Source: Candidatus Latescibacterota bacterium (GTDB lineage: Bacteria > Latescibacterota > UBA2968). Taken from it: 64,000 nt of DNA. The position numbers and the translations under genes were made by a program. Location of the stretch: assembly GCA_965205975.1 (NCBI GenBank), contig OZ242195.1, positions 896,001 to 960,000 of the forward strand. The letters run 5' to 3'. Under the pieces are notes generated by a model. It saw only the letters and a list, made by a program, of their open reading frames with translations. It did not search any database and had not been told where the DNA came from. This document shows positions 56,136 to 64,000 of this stretch, in pieces (within the stretch, counting starts at the first letter, position 1; each line of letters starts with the position of its first letter).

Positions 56136-58061
56136 TCAATATTCAACAGCTTCTCGCGCGACGACGCGCTGGGCAGTGGCTGCGATTGCTTCGGGTGAGA
56201 TGCCCGCTTCGTCGCGTAGCGCGCCCTGTGAGCCGTGTTGGAAAAAGCGATCGGGTATGCCGAGGGTGTGTACGCGCTGGCCCTCTCGCATCTGGTCGCT
56301 CAAATAACGCGTAACGCCTGATCCGAATCCGCCTTCGATGGTATTTTCTTCAACGGTGATCAGTATCTGATAGCGGTCGGCCAGATCGTCGAGCATTTCC
56401 AGATCCATGGGTTTGACAAATCGGCAATTGATCACAGCGGCAGAAATGCCAGCTTCCATGAGTTTTTCTCGCGCCTGGCATGCGTGATCTACCATTGTGC
56501 CCACTGCGAGGAAAACCAGATCCTCACCATCGGCCAATGCTTCCCAGGAACCGATTTTCAAGACTTCGGGATCGCGCCCTGTAAGCGGGGTGTGTACATT
56601 GCCGCGGGGATACCGAATGGCAAAGGGGTTATCGACTTGCTGCACTGCCGTGTATAACAAATCGCGCAATTCATCGCCGTCTTTTGGCGCGCTTACGATC
56701 ATATTGGGCACACAGGTCAGGTAGGACAGATCAAAATCGCCGTGATGCGTGGGACCATCTGCACCCACCAGCCCGGCGCGGTCCATACAGAAAATTACCG
56801 GTGCCGATTGCAGGGCGACATCGTGGATGATCTGGTCGTAAGCCCGTTGCAAGAATGTGGAATAAATCGCTGCGACGGGGCGCATGCCCTCGAGTGCCAT
56901 TCCAGTTGAAAATGTTACGGCGTGCTGTTCGGCAATGCCCACATCAAAAAAGCGGTCGGGATGCGCTTCGGAAAAAATATCCAGACTCGTACCTTCGGAC
57001 ATCGCGGCTGTTACGCCTACAATGCGGCTGTCATTATTGGCAAGCTCAATCATCGCTTCGCCAAAAACCGTCTGATATTTGGGCAGTGGGGTTTTGGGCG
57101 ATGGCGGGCTGATTGAATGATACTTTATTGAATCGACACCATACGGGTCTTCCTCTTCTTCTTGAATTGCGCCCTTGCCCTTGATGGTGTGGACATGCAA
57201 TAGCACAGGTCCCTTCAAGTCCCGCACATTTTTCAGGGTTTTTACCATCTCTTCCAAATTATTGCCATCCAGAGGTCCCAGGTACAGAAATCCCAGTTCC
57301 TCAAAAAGAATGCCTGGTACCAGCAGGCCCTTTAAACCCTCTTCGAATCCACTCAGTGCATGGCGCAAATTTGTGCCGACAACGGGAATGCGCCCGGCTA
57401 AATTCCAGACTTCTCTTTTAATTTTTTTGTAAAGTGGATCGTTTGTAATGCGGTCTCTAACGCGATTGTAAATCGGATCGGTAATAATGCGTGTCAAATA
57501 ATGCGAAATAGCACCGACATTGGGCGAGATTGACATGCGATTGTCATTGAGAATGACCAGCAAATCGCGGTTGGATGCACCGGCATTGTTCAATCCCTCA
57601 AGAGCAATGCCGCTGGTCATGGCACCATCGCCAATAACGGCGACTACTTTGTGTTTTTCGCCCATTAAATCGCGCTGTGTCGCAAATCCCAATGCTGCAG
57701 AAATTGATGTGCCCGCATGGCCTACGGCAAATGTGTCGTACGGGCTTTCTGATCGCATCGGGAACCCGCTGATGCCGCCCGGCTGACGAATGGTTTTGAG
57801 TGCTTCGCGCCGCCCGGTAAGCACTTTGTGCCCATAAGCTTGATGCCCGACATCCCACACTATTTTGTCCTGAGGCGTGTTGTATAGATGGTGCAAAGCC
57901 ACCGTCAATTCCGTCGCCCCCAGGCTGGAACCAAAATGTCCACCAATCTCTGTCACCACGTCAATGATATATTGCCGCAATTCCGCACAGACCTGTTGCA
58001 ATTCTTCTATTGACAGGGACTTTAAGTCGTCAGGTGAATTGATTGTTTCGAGAAGGGACAT
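56136..58061 (-). CDS. dxs: 1-deoxy-D-xylulose-5-phosphate synthase
   Basis: GGHFGSSLG, WDVGHQAY, GDGAMT.G...E.LN, DVGIAEQHAV, YSTFLQRAYDQ, DGPTHHG. Confidence 0.98.
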   Translation of the reverse strand: MSLLETINSPDDLKSLSIEELQQVCAELRQYIIDVVTEIGGHFGSSLGATELTVALHHLYNTPQDKIVWDVGHQAYGHKVLTGRREALKTIRQPGGISGFPMRSESPYDTFAVGHAGTSISAALGFATQRDLMGEKHKVVAVIGDGAMTSGIALEGLNNAGASNRDLLVILNDNRMSISPNVGAISHYLTRIITDPIYNRVRDRITNDPLYKKIKREVWNLAGRIPVVGTNLRHALSGFEEGLKGLLVPGILFEELGFLYLGPLDGNNLEEMVKTLKNVRDLKGPVLLHVHTIKGKGAIQEEEEDPYGVDSIKYHSISPPSPKTPLPKYQTVFGEAMIELANNDSRIVGVTAAMSEGTSLDIFSEAHPDRFFDVGIAEQHAVTFSTGMALEGMRPVAAIYSTFLQRAYDQIIHDVALQSAPVIFCMDRAGLVGADGPTHHGDFDLSYLTCVPNMIVSAPKDGDELRDLLYTAVQQVDNPFAIRYPRGNVHTPLTGRDPEVLKIGSWEALADGEDLVFLAVGTMVDHACQAREKLMEAGISAAVINCRFVKPMDLEMLDDLADRYQILITVEENTIEGGFGSGVTRYLSDQMREGQRVHTLGIPDRFFQHGSQGALRDEAGISPEAIAATAQRVVAREAVEY

Positions 58062-58217
58062 GATGTCTCTCCTTGTGACAGGGTCAGAAATGCTATCCGA
58101 AACATATGTTTAATATAAGCAACACCTGAAAAATCACAAAGTTCTAAAAAATAAACCATAAACACAAAATCGGGCCTGCCGAGTTAGTCGATATGCCCGA
58201 TTTCATTGTGCGATGGC

Positions 58218-58997
58218 TCAAAAAGCCGTGGGTCTTCCCTGCGCGCCGTCAACGGGAATGGACGCGCCGTTGATCCAACTCGCGCGGTCAGATGAGAGAA
58301 ATACGACGACATCGGCGACTTCGAAGTCCGTGCCGAGTCGCTGTGCGGGAAATTCGCGCGTGCGGAATATTTCGTATTCTTCCGGTGTTTCGTTTTGGAA
58401 TCGCTCCCAACCGCCACCGGGAAAAAGGAGTGAGCCCGGGCAGACGGTGTTGGCGCGGATGTTGTGGGCTGCCAATTCCCACGCGAGTGCGCCCGCGAGA
58501 AATATTTCACCCGCTTTGGTTGCGCCGTATTGCGCGCCCCGGTTTGCGGGTTTCCAACCAGAGATGGAAGAGATGGTGACAATACTGCCGCCATTTCTTT
58601 TTGTCATGTGGGGAACAGCCACGCGGCTGGCGCGAACCGCGTGAAAAAGGTTGAGGTCAAAGGTTTGTTGCCAGTCGGCGTCTGTGGAAGTGAGCAGTTC
58701 GCGCGATCCGGCTGTGCCGCCCACATTGTTGACGAGGATATCAACACCGCCGAGTTCATCTGCGGCTGCATTGACAAATCGTTCGGTTTCGCCGGGTTCG
58801 GCTACATCGAGCGCGAGTCCGAATGCCTTGACGTCGTGTGCGCGAATTTCTTCGAGTGTTTTGTCTATGCCCGCTTGCCCGCGCGCGCACAAGGCGACGT
58901 TGCAACCTTCTGCGGCAAATCGCAATGCGGTTGCGCGGCCAATGCCGCGACTGCCCCCGGTGAGGAGAGCGACTTTATTGGTGAGATTGAGGTCCAT
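58218..58997 (-). CDS. SDR family oxidoreductase
   Basis: TGGSRGIG, NNVG, YGATK. Confidence 0.93.
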   Translation of the reverse strand: MDLNLTNKVALLTGGSRGIGRATALRFAAEGCNVALCARGQAGIDKTLEEIRAHDVKAFGLALDVAEPGETERFVNAAADELGGVDILVNNVGGTAGSRELLTSTDADWQQTFDLNLFHAVRASRVAVPHMTKRNGGSIVTISSISGWKPANRGAQYGATKAGEIFLAGALAWELAAHNIRANTVCPGSLLFPGGGWERFQNETPEEYEIFRTREFPAQRLGTDFEVADVVVFLSSDRASWINGASIPVDGAQGRPTAF

Positions 58998-59008
58998 GAT
59001 CAGTTCCT

Positions 59009-60178
59009 TCAATCCTGTTCGACCTTCGGCGGGTGGGCGAAGTCGTGATACCGCTCGCGGATATTGCCATCGGTGGCGTCGCCTTTGTGAAAATAATAGC
59101 GATAAATGCCGACGAGCGACTCGCCCTGCGAGAGTGTGTGATGCCCACGCCGGCTTTCATCGCCGTAAAAATACGAGTGTCCAAAAGGATTGGCTGTCAT
59201 CAACCCGTAATTGCGTACGTGCCAGTGCGTGGGATGTCGAAAGCTGTCGGGGTGATCCATGATGGCAACGCCTGTTATATTGCCATTTACCGGTCCTGAA
59301 TAATGGCACCAGGGCGCGCGTTTTCCCCAGGTCTCGTCTTCATCGATGCCGCCAATGCCGTTCTCGATTTTGCCGCCCAGGTCGCGTTTTACTTCCATTG
59401 TCTCTTCTACGCGAATAGACGCCAGACCGCCTTCTTTTGTGTCACCGAATAACACATCCATATTTCGGGCGGTGAGCGTGAGGTGCAAATCCATGATTCG
59501 CACGGAAGAGGGCGTGTTGTACACAATCCACTCAGCGCGCTGATCCAAAATCTCGCGATTTCTGCCCGGAGGTCCTGTCCAACCATCCATGCCTACCCAG
59601 TCGCTATTCGATACAATTCGCCCCAATACGGATCCGCTTTCGAGCAATTCAAAGTCCCGATGCAAAATGCGCCCGTGAGATTCGCCTTCTGACCAGTTGT
59701 CCGCACCGTTCACTTCTCCGTGTGCAATCCAGACTGAGCGATGGTGATGGTGATCCATTTCTCGTCCGTCTGCTGGCGTGGCCAACCGCCGCGTTACCGA
59801 ATCGCCATAAGGTCCGATGACGGGATACAAAAGTGGTCGCGCCAGTTCTTTACCGTAACGATAGGTCGTAAAATGTTGGCCATCTATCGAGACAGATACT
59901 TCATTTTCTCCTTGTGTGACTTCCACATTGTGCCCGCGATCTTTGGATTCTTTTCCTATTGCGAGTTCGTACTCAGCAGTTTGGCCCGCTCCGAGATTAT
60001 CGACAATGAAATTGACCTGCAAACCGGCGCTTACGGGCGTTACCTGACAGGGAATTTCTGCATTTCCCATGTTCAAAGTTGCCGTTGTCGCGCTTTCCGG
60101 TGTTTCTACTACCGCTGAAACCGGACAGTTGATCCGATTGTGAGGGCCTGCGTGAACGGTTAGTTTTACTGTTGCCAT
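59009..60178 (-). CDS. DUF6807/'PmoA-like' family protein
   Basis: P.LYP..GP.G, DH.HHRS.W, GDTKEGG, W..YSG, DHP, WHVR.YG; start MATVKL after GGAGG. Confidence 0.78.
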   Translation of the reverse strand: MATVKLTVHAGPHNRINCPVSAVVETPESATTATLNMGNAEIPCQVTPVSAGLQVNFIVDNLGAGQTAEYELAIGKESKDRGHNVEVTQGENEVSVSIDGQHFTTYRYGKELARPLLYPVIGPYGDSVTRRLATPADGREMDHHHHRSVWIAHGEVNGADNWSEGESHGRILHRDFELLESGSVLGRIVSNSDWVGMDGWTGPPGRNREILDQRAEWIVYNTPSSVRIMDLHLTLTARNMDVLFGDTKEGGLASIRVEETMEVKRDLGGKIENGIGGIDEDETWGKRAPWCHYSGPVNGNITGVAIMDHPDSFRHPTHWHVRNYGLMTANPFGHSYFYGDESRRGHHTLSQGESLVGIYRYYFHKGDATDGNIRERYHDFAHPPKVEQD

Positions 60179-60268
60179 TGTTGTCCTCCGTAATAGTGAT
60201 ATAAGAATACCTGTCGCGTATGAGGTTACGAAATCCATTGCCAAAGTCAAGCCTTTCGCACAAAGCCG

Positions 60269-60297
60269 TTGACATCCCCCATGGGGGCAATTATCAT
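60269..60297 (+). promoter_or_regulatory. Sigma70-type promoter with a palindrome in the spacer
   Basis: TTGACA-N17-TATCAT; CCCCCATGGGGG at 60276-60287. Confidence 0.65.
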
Positions 60298-60338
60298 AGG
60301 GTCGAAAACTGTCATTTTTAACCCATCTGGAGATCACT

Positions 60339-61265
60339 ATGTCCATTCTCGTCACTGGCGGCTCTGGCTTTGTCGGTTCCTGGGTCGCCAAACTCCTCGC
60401 CGAAGAGGGCGAAGACGTCATCGCTTTTGATATGTTCGAACGGCGCGATGATTTTTTGTCACAGGTGTCTGATCGCATCACGTTTGTTGAAGGCAATATC
60501 CTGGGCTTCGCACATATCAATGAAATTGTGCGCAATAATCCGGATCTCACGGGTATTGTTCACACGGCTGCGCTTTTGGGGGGAGATGTGCGCGACAATC
60601 CCCATTTTGCGACACAGGTCAATGTGGGGGGGACGCACAATATCCTCGAAGTTGCGCGACAGGTTGGCGGTCTCAAGGTGGTATATGTATCCAGCGGCGC
60701 GGTTTATGGCAAGCAAGACGGACCGCTGACTGAAGACACGCCCATGATTCCCAGTGATCCCTATGGCGCAACCAAGGCCATGTCGGAACATCTCTGCCAC
60801 CAGTATTATGCGACTTATGGGGTTGATGTTCTGTGTGCCCGTCTCTTTTTTTTATATGGTCCTCCCAATGCCCCCGGTCCGGACGCGGGTTTTAATACGC
60901 GCATTTTTGCCGGGCTGAGTGGACAGGATGTAAGTCTGCCCAAAGGCCGCGAGCAAAAGGCCGATTGGACTTATATCGAAGATGCCGCGCGGGGTGTTTT
61001 GCTCATGCTCAGGGCGACAAATGTCGCCAGTCGATCTTTTAATATTGCCACGGGTACGTACAATCCCGTTGACGAAATTATCGAAGTCGTGCAGCGGCAT
61101 TCGCCGGGCAATCCCCGGTATGAAGTTGGACCGGGCGTCAATCTCGAGCGCGGCGCGCCACTCGATATTACCCTTGCCAGAGACCAACTCGGTTACGAAC
61201 CCAAATACGATCTCGAATCAGGTGTGCGGGCCTACCGCGCCTGGTTTGATCAACGGGGTGTGTAA
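60339..61265 (+). CDS. NAD-dependent epimerase/dehydratase
   Basis: TGGSGFVG, SSGAVYG, YGATK. Confidence 0.92.
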   Translation: MSILVTGGSGFVGSWVAKLLAEEGEDVIAFDMFERRDDFLSQVSDRITFVEGNILGFAHINEIVRNNPDLTGIVHTAALLGGDVRDNPHFATQVNVGGTHNILEVARQVGGLKVVYVSSGAVYGKQDGPLTEDTPMIPSDPYGATKAMSEHLCHQYYATYGVDVLCARLFFLYGPPNAPGPDAGFNTRIFAGLSGQDVSLPKGREQKADWTYIEDAARGVLLMLRATNVASRSFNIATGTYNPVDEIIEVVQRHSPGNPRYEVGPGVNLERGAPLDITLARDQLGYEPKYDLESGVRAYRAWFDQRGV

Positions 61266-61281
61266 ATAACAGGAGAAGACA

Positions 61282-62220
61282 ATGTCAAACAAAACGCTTC
61301 GTTACTTAGACGATGGCAGTATTGAACTGTTTGAAAGGGAAGTGCTCGATCCCGGAGAGAACGAAGTTCAAATTGAAGGCGGCGCGTGTGGGATATGTTC
61401 GTGGGATGTGGTTACGGCCAAACTCGGCAACCAGATGCATCCCATGGCACCGCCGGGACACGAAGGCGTTGGTTATATCGCCAAAATAGGTGCTGGTGTC
61501 ACGGATTTCAAAGAGGGCGACCGGGTCGCTGGTGGTGGTTTTGCCAATGTCCGCAACTTATCCGCGCAGCGCGTTTTCAAAATCCCGGAATCCGATTTGC
61601 CGGATGAATACTGGATTGTCGAACCCGTGTCCTGTGCCGTTACGGGTATTGACCATTGCCAGATTCAGCCCGGGAATCGCATTGTGGTCGTCGGCTGTGG
61701 ATTTATGGGCTTGTTGATCTTGCAAGGACTTCTGCGCTACCCTCTCGACGATTTGATCGTTCTGGATATTGTTCAAAGTCGTCTGGATCTCGCGCAACAA
61801 CTCGGCGTTGGGGAGGTGTATAACACGGCTGAGGTTGATCTTTCTGATTTATCGCGCGAACTCAAGAGCAGAGAGATTGACGTGGTTGTCGATACTTCTG
61901 GTAGCCAGGCCGGGTTGGATCTATCTACCGATATTGTGAAACGCGGCGGGCGTATCAATCTCTTTGGCTGGCTCAAGGGGCAGACCGCCTCTTTTGATCC
62001 CACAAAGTGGCATTTGGGGGGATTTACCGTTGTCAATTCTGCGCCGGCTTCAAAATTGCGAGATACTTTTGATCCTGCGATTCGCCTCATTCACAAAGGT
62101 ATTATTGATCTCAAACCGCTGGTGACACATACGGCAACGCTCGAAGATTATCCGGATTTGATGGCGCAAATTTTGGCGGGCGATGAGAGCTATATCAAAG
62201 GAGTTGTGACGCTTAAATAG
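61282..62220 (+). CDS. Zinc-binding (MDR) dehydrogenase
   Basis: CGICSWD, GHEGVG, EPVSC, GCGFMG. Confidence 0.9.
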   Translation: MSNKTLRYLDDGSIELFEREVLDPGENEVQIEGGACGICSWDVVTAKLGNQMHPMAPPGHEGVGYIAKIGAGVTDFKEGDRVAGGGFANVRNLSAQRVFKIPESDLPDEYWIVEPVSCAVTGIDHCQIQPGNRIVVVGCGFMGLLILQGLLRYPLDDLIVLDIVQSRLDLAQQLGVGEVYNTAEVDLSDLSRELKSREIDVVVDTSGSQAGLDLSTDIVKRGGRINLFGWLKGQTASFDPTKWHLGGFTVVNSAPASKLRDTFDPAIRLIHKGIIDLKPLVTHTATLEDYPDLMAQILAGDESYIKGVVTLK

Positions 62221-62300
62221 AATATGGGATGAGATTATGAATACACCGGGTGAAACGCTGTACAAGTTGTACAAAGGGCAGAGATTTGCCCTGGTGATGA

Positions 62301-63026
62301 TTAGGTAGGTTTTGTCCAGTAGGCTTCGAGTTTGTCCTGGGGCTCAAAGCCGAGTATTGTGCGCAGGCGTGTATTTGGGAAGCGGTTGTGCGGCAGGTCT
62401 GTGGTGACAAAGAAGACTTCAAAGCGCGATGGGAGCGTTTGAAGATCGACTTCTATGGCGCACTTAACGGCTTGTGCGGCATCTCTGGCCGATATGCTGA
62501 GGGTGCTGTCGTCGGTGTTGTGTGGATCGGCGGTGGGCTCTCGAAAGCGCGAGAAGATGAGCGAGAGGACGTGTAGCGGATGGTGTTCGCTGAAGAGTCG
62601 GCAGATTTCGAGGCCGAGGCCTTTGCTCATCGCATAGAGTTCCGTGCCGGGTTGTGGGGGAATTTTTTCAGAAATGGTATGGTCGTAATCGAGGTAGGAA
62701 GGGCCGACGAGTGAGAAGCGAGGTCCCGTGTTGATAAAGCGTTTCATGTCACAGGCAACTGCGGCGCGGAGTGCGTTGTGCGTTCCCTTTGTGTTCACGC
62801 CAAAAGCAATTTTGCGATGGGTGCGCTGAACAGAGCAGTTGATGATGACGTCCATGCCCTCTGCAGCGGATATGACTTGAGCAAAATCGGATACATCGAC
62901 CTGCCGCGTGTCGTGCGGTGTATCGATGGGCATGAGGTCAGTGATGCGAAGATGGTGGTGGTCTTCGAGGGCTTTGACGACATAAGGACCGAGAAAACCA
63001 TTGCCACCGAGGATGAGGACGTTCAT
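62301..63026 (-). CDS. NAD-dependent epimerase/dehydratase (uronate dehydrogenase-like)
   Basis: LGGNGFLG, YAMSK; start MNVLILGG. Confidence 0.85.
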   Translation of the reverse strand: MNVLILGGNGFLGPYVVKALEDHHHLRITDLMPIDTPHDTRQVDVSDFAQVISAAEGMDVIINCSVQRTHRKIAFGVNTKGTHNALRAAVACDMKRFINTGPRFSLVGPSYLDYDHTISEKIPPQPGTELYAMSKGLGLEICRLFSEHHPLHVLSLIFSRFREPTADPHNTDDSTLSISARDAAQAVKCAIEVDLQTLPSRFEVFFVTTDLPHNRFPNTRLRTILGFEPQDKLEAYWTKPT

Positions 63027-63030
63027 GGGA

Positions 63031-63837
63031 TTATTGGGTGATGCGCGGGCGATTTGTGCGGTAGGGCGGCTCGAGCAGGGCGCGTTGTGTGGGTGTAAAT
63101 TCGTCGAGTGCGTTTTCAACATCTGGCGGCAAATACCGCGCTGAATAGGTCAGGGTGCCGGGCGAATATTTGTAGAGAATAGATCTGCGTTGATGGTCGG
63201 CTGTCCAGGGGAGCGTGCCATGTGCCAGTGCTTCTGTGAAGATGATGGCCGATCCCGCTTTTGCCGAGACTTGCTTTACTACGCCCATATCCCGATCTAC
63301 ACGTGCAACATCGCGGGGTGTTTTGTAATTGGATTTGTGGCTGCCGGGAATGCAGGCAAACCCGCCCTCGCCGGGGTTGCAATCGGTGAGTACCCACGAG
63401 ACTACGGTGAGGCCACAGCGCATGCGCCCGTTGTGAAATTGGTAGAAGTGCGTCAGGTCGTCAGCGGTGCCCCCGCCATGGATGACATGGCCCTCGGCTC
63501 CTTTTTCCATGACGATGCCATAGAGGTGGTCGAGGCGACAGTCTTCGCGCAGCAATTCCGCGAGATAGGGTACGATATTTGGGTGGGCGAGTAAATCGCG
63601 GAAGGGTTGGCACCAGGGTTTGGGCCAGGTGAGCATGCCGCCCAAATCGGTGCGCCCGTGTTTGCCCTTGAGTGTTTTGGATTCGCCGGAGAGGGATTGC
63701 TCTGGCGGGCGAATGCGCATCCTGTCGGGGTTGTTGTCAATGGCTTTGTTACACGCGGCAATTTCTTCGGATGTCAGAGCGTTTTCGATGACGAGGTAGC
63801 CGTTGAGGTCGAAGAAGAATTTTTCGTGTTCGTCCAT
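63031..63837 (-). CDS. PhyH family dioxygenase
   Basis: FDLNGYLVIENAL, GGF..IPGSHK, KAGS.IIFTEAL.HG..PW. Confidence 0.88.
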   Translation of the reverse strand: MDEHEKFFFDLNGYLVIENALTSEEIAACNKAIDNNPDRMRIRPPEQSLSGESKTLKGKHGRTDLGGMLTWPKPWCQPFRDLLAHPNIVPYLAELLREDCRLDHLYGIVMEKGAEGHVIHGGGTADDLTHFYQFHNGRMRCGLTVVSWVLTDCNPGEGGFACIPGSHKSNYKTPRDVARVDRDMGVVKQVSAKAGSAIIFTEALAHGTLPWTADHQRRSILYKYSPGTLTYSARYLPPDVENALDEFTPTQRALLEPPYRTNRPRITQ

Positions 63838-63873
63838 GTTCGAGATCCCTATTTAGTTTGGGGATGAGGTCAG

Positions 63874-64000
63874 TTAATCGTCGTCACCCTCGTCCCGCCT
63901 CATCCGATAGCGACCAATCCGCCGGATTAAAATCCACACGAGTCCAATAAGTGCGATATATTGCACCAGATCCCATATCCAGCCCTGCCAGCCCAGGATA
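63874..64000 (-). CDS. 3' end of a membrane protein (partial)
   Basis: ILGWQGWIWDLVQYIALIGLVWILIRRIGRYRMRRDEGDDD*. Confidence 0.55.
   Translation of the reverse strand, partial: ILGWQGWIWDLVQYIALIGLVWILIRRIGRYRMRRDEGDDD

Noticed and set aside
59009..60178. Particulate methane monooxygenase
   Set aside because: The protein is soluble-looking with no TM helices and no pmoB/pmoC neighbours; 'PmoA-like' is only a family label.

Overview
Bacterial chromosomal window of about 50% GC. It carries housekeeping genes (rpsA 3' part, mtaB, mutS, uppP, ogt, dxs), many catabolic paralogues (2 PhyH-type dioxygenases, 3 Gfo/Idh/MocA oxidoreductases, 3 TIM-barrel sugar isomerases, epimerases, a DUF6785-type membrane protein) and a corrinoid methyl-transfer cluster (MtaA-like methyltransferase, corrinoid protein, RACo/ASKHA activator, homocysteine methyltransferase). 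This gene content resembles Latescibacterota/Poribacteria-like MAGs, which is an inference only. The main observation is that arrays of toxin-antitoxin, restriction-modification and defence genes sit directly downstream of ordinary genes (mutS, a PhyH dioxygenase, a class-A serine hydrolase). The cargo blocks are separated by diverged copies of the host gene's own 3' end (about 59-219 bp); in the PhyH and serine-hydrolase copies the changes are mostly synonymous. No integrase or attC sites are visible. This suggests a 'gene-tail-anchored' cassette capture and accumulation process. Also present: a complete IS4/IS701-like element (14-bp TIR, 5-bp TSD), an IS1595 remnant, an internally deleted tnpB element inserted in ogt, a KpnI-like RM pair, a Type IIG/ISP-like RM enzyme, and several short repeat families. 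No rRNA, tRNA or CRISPR array was seen. All family assignments are by motif recognition without database searches.
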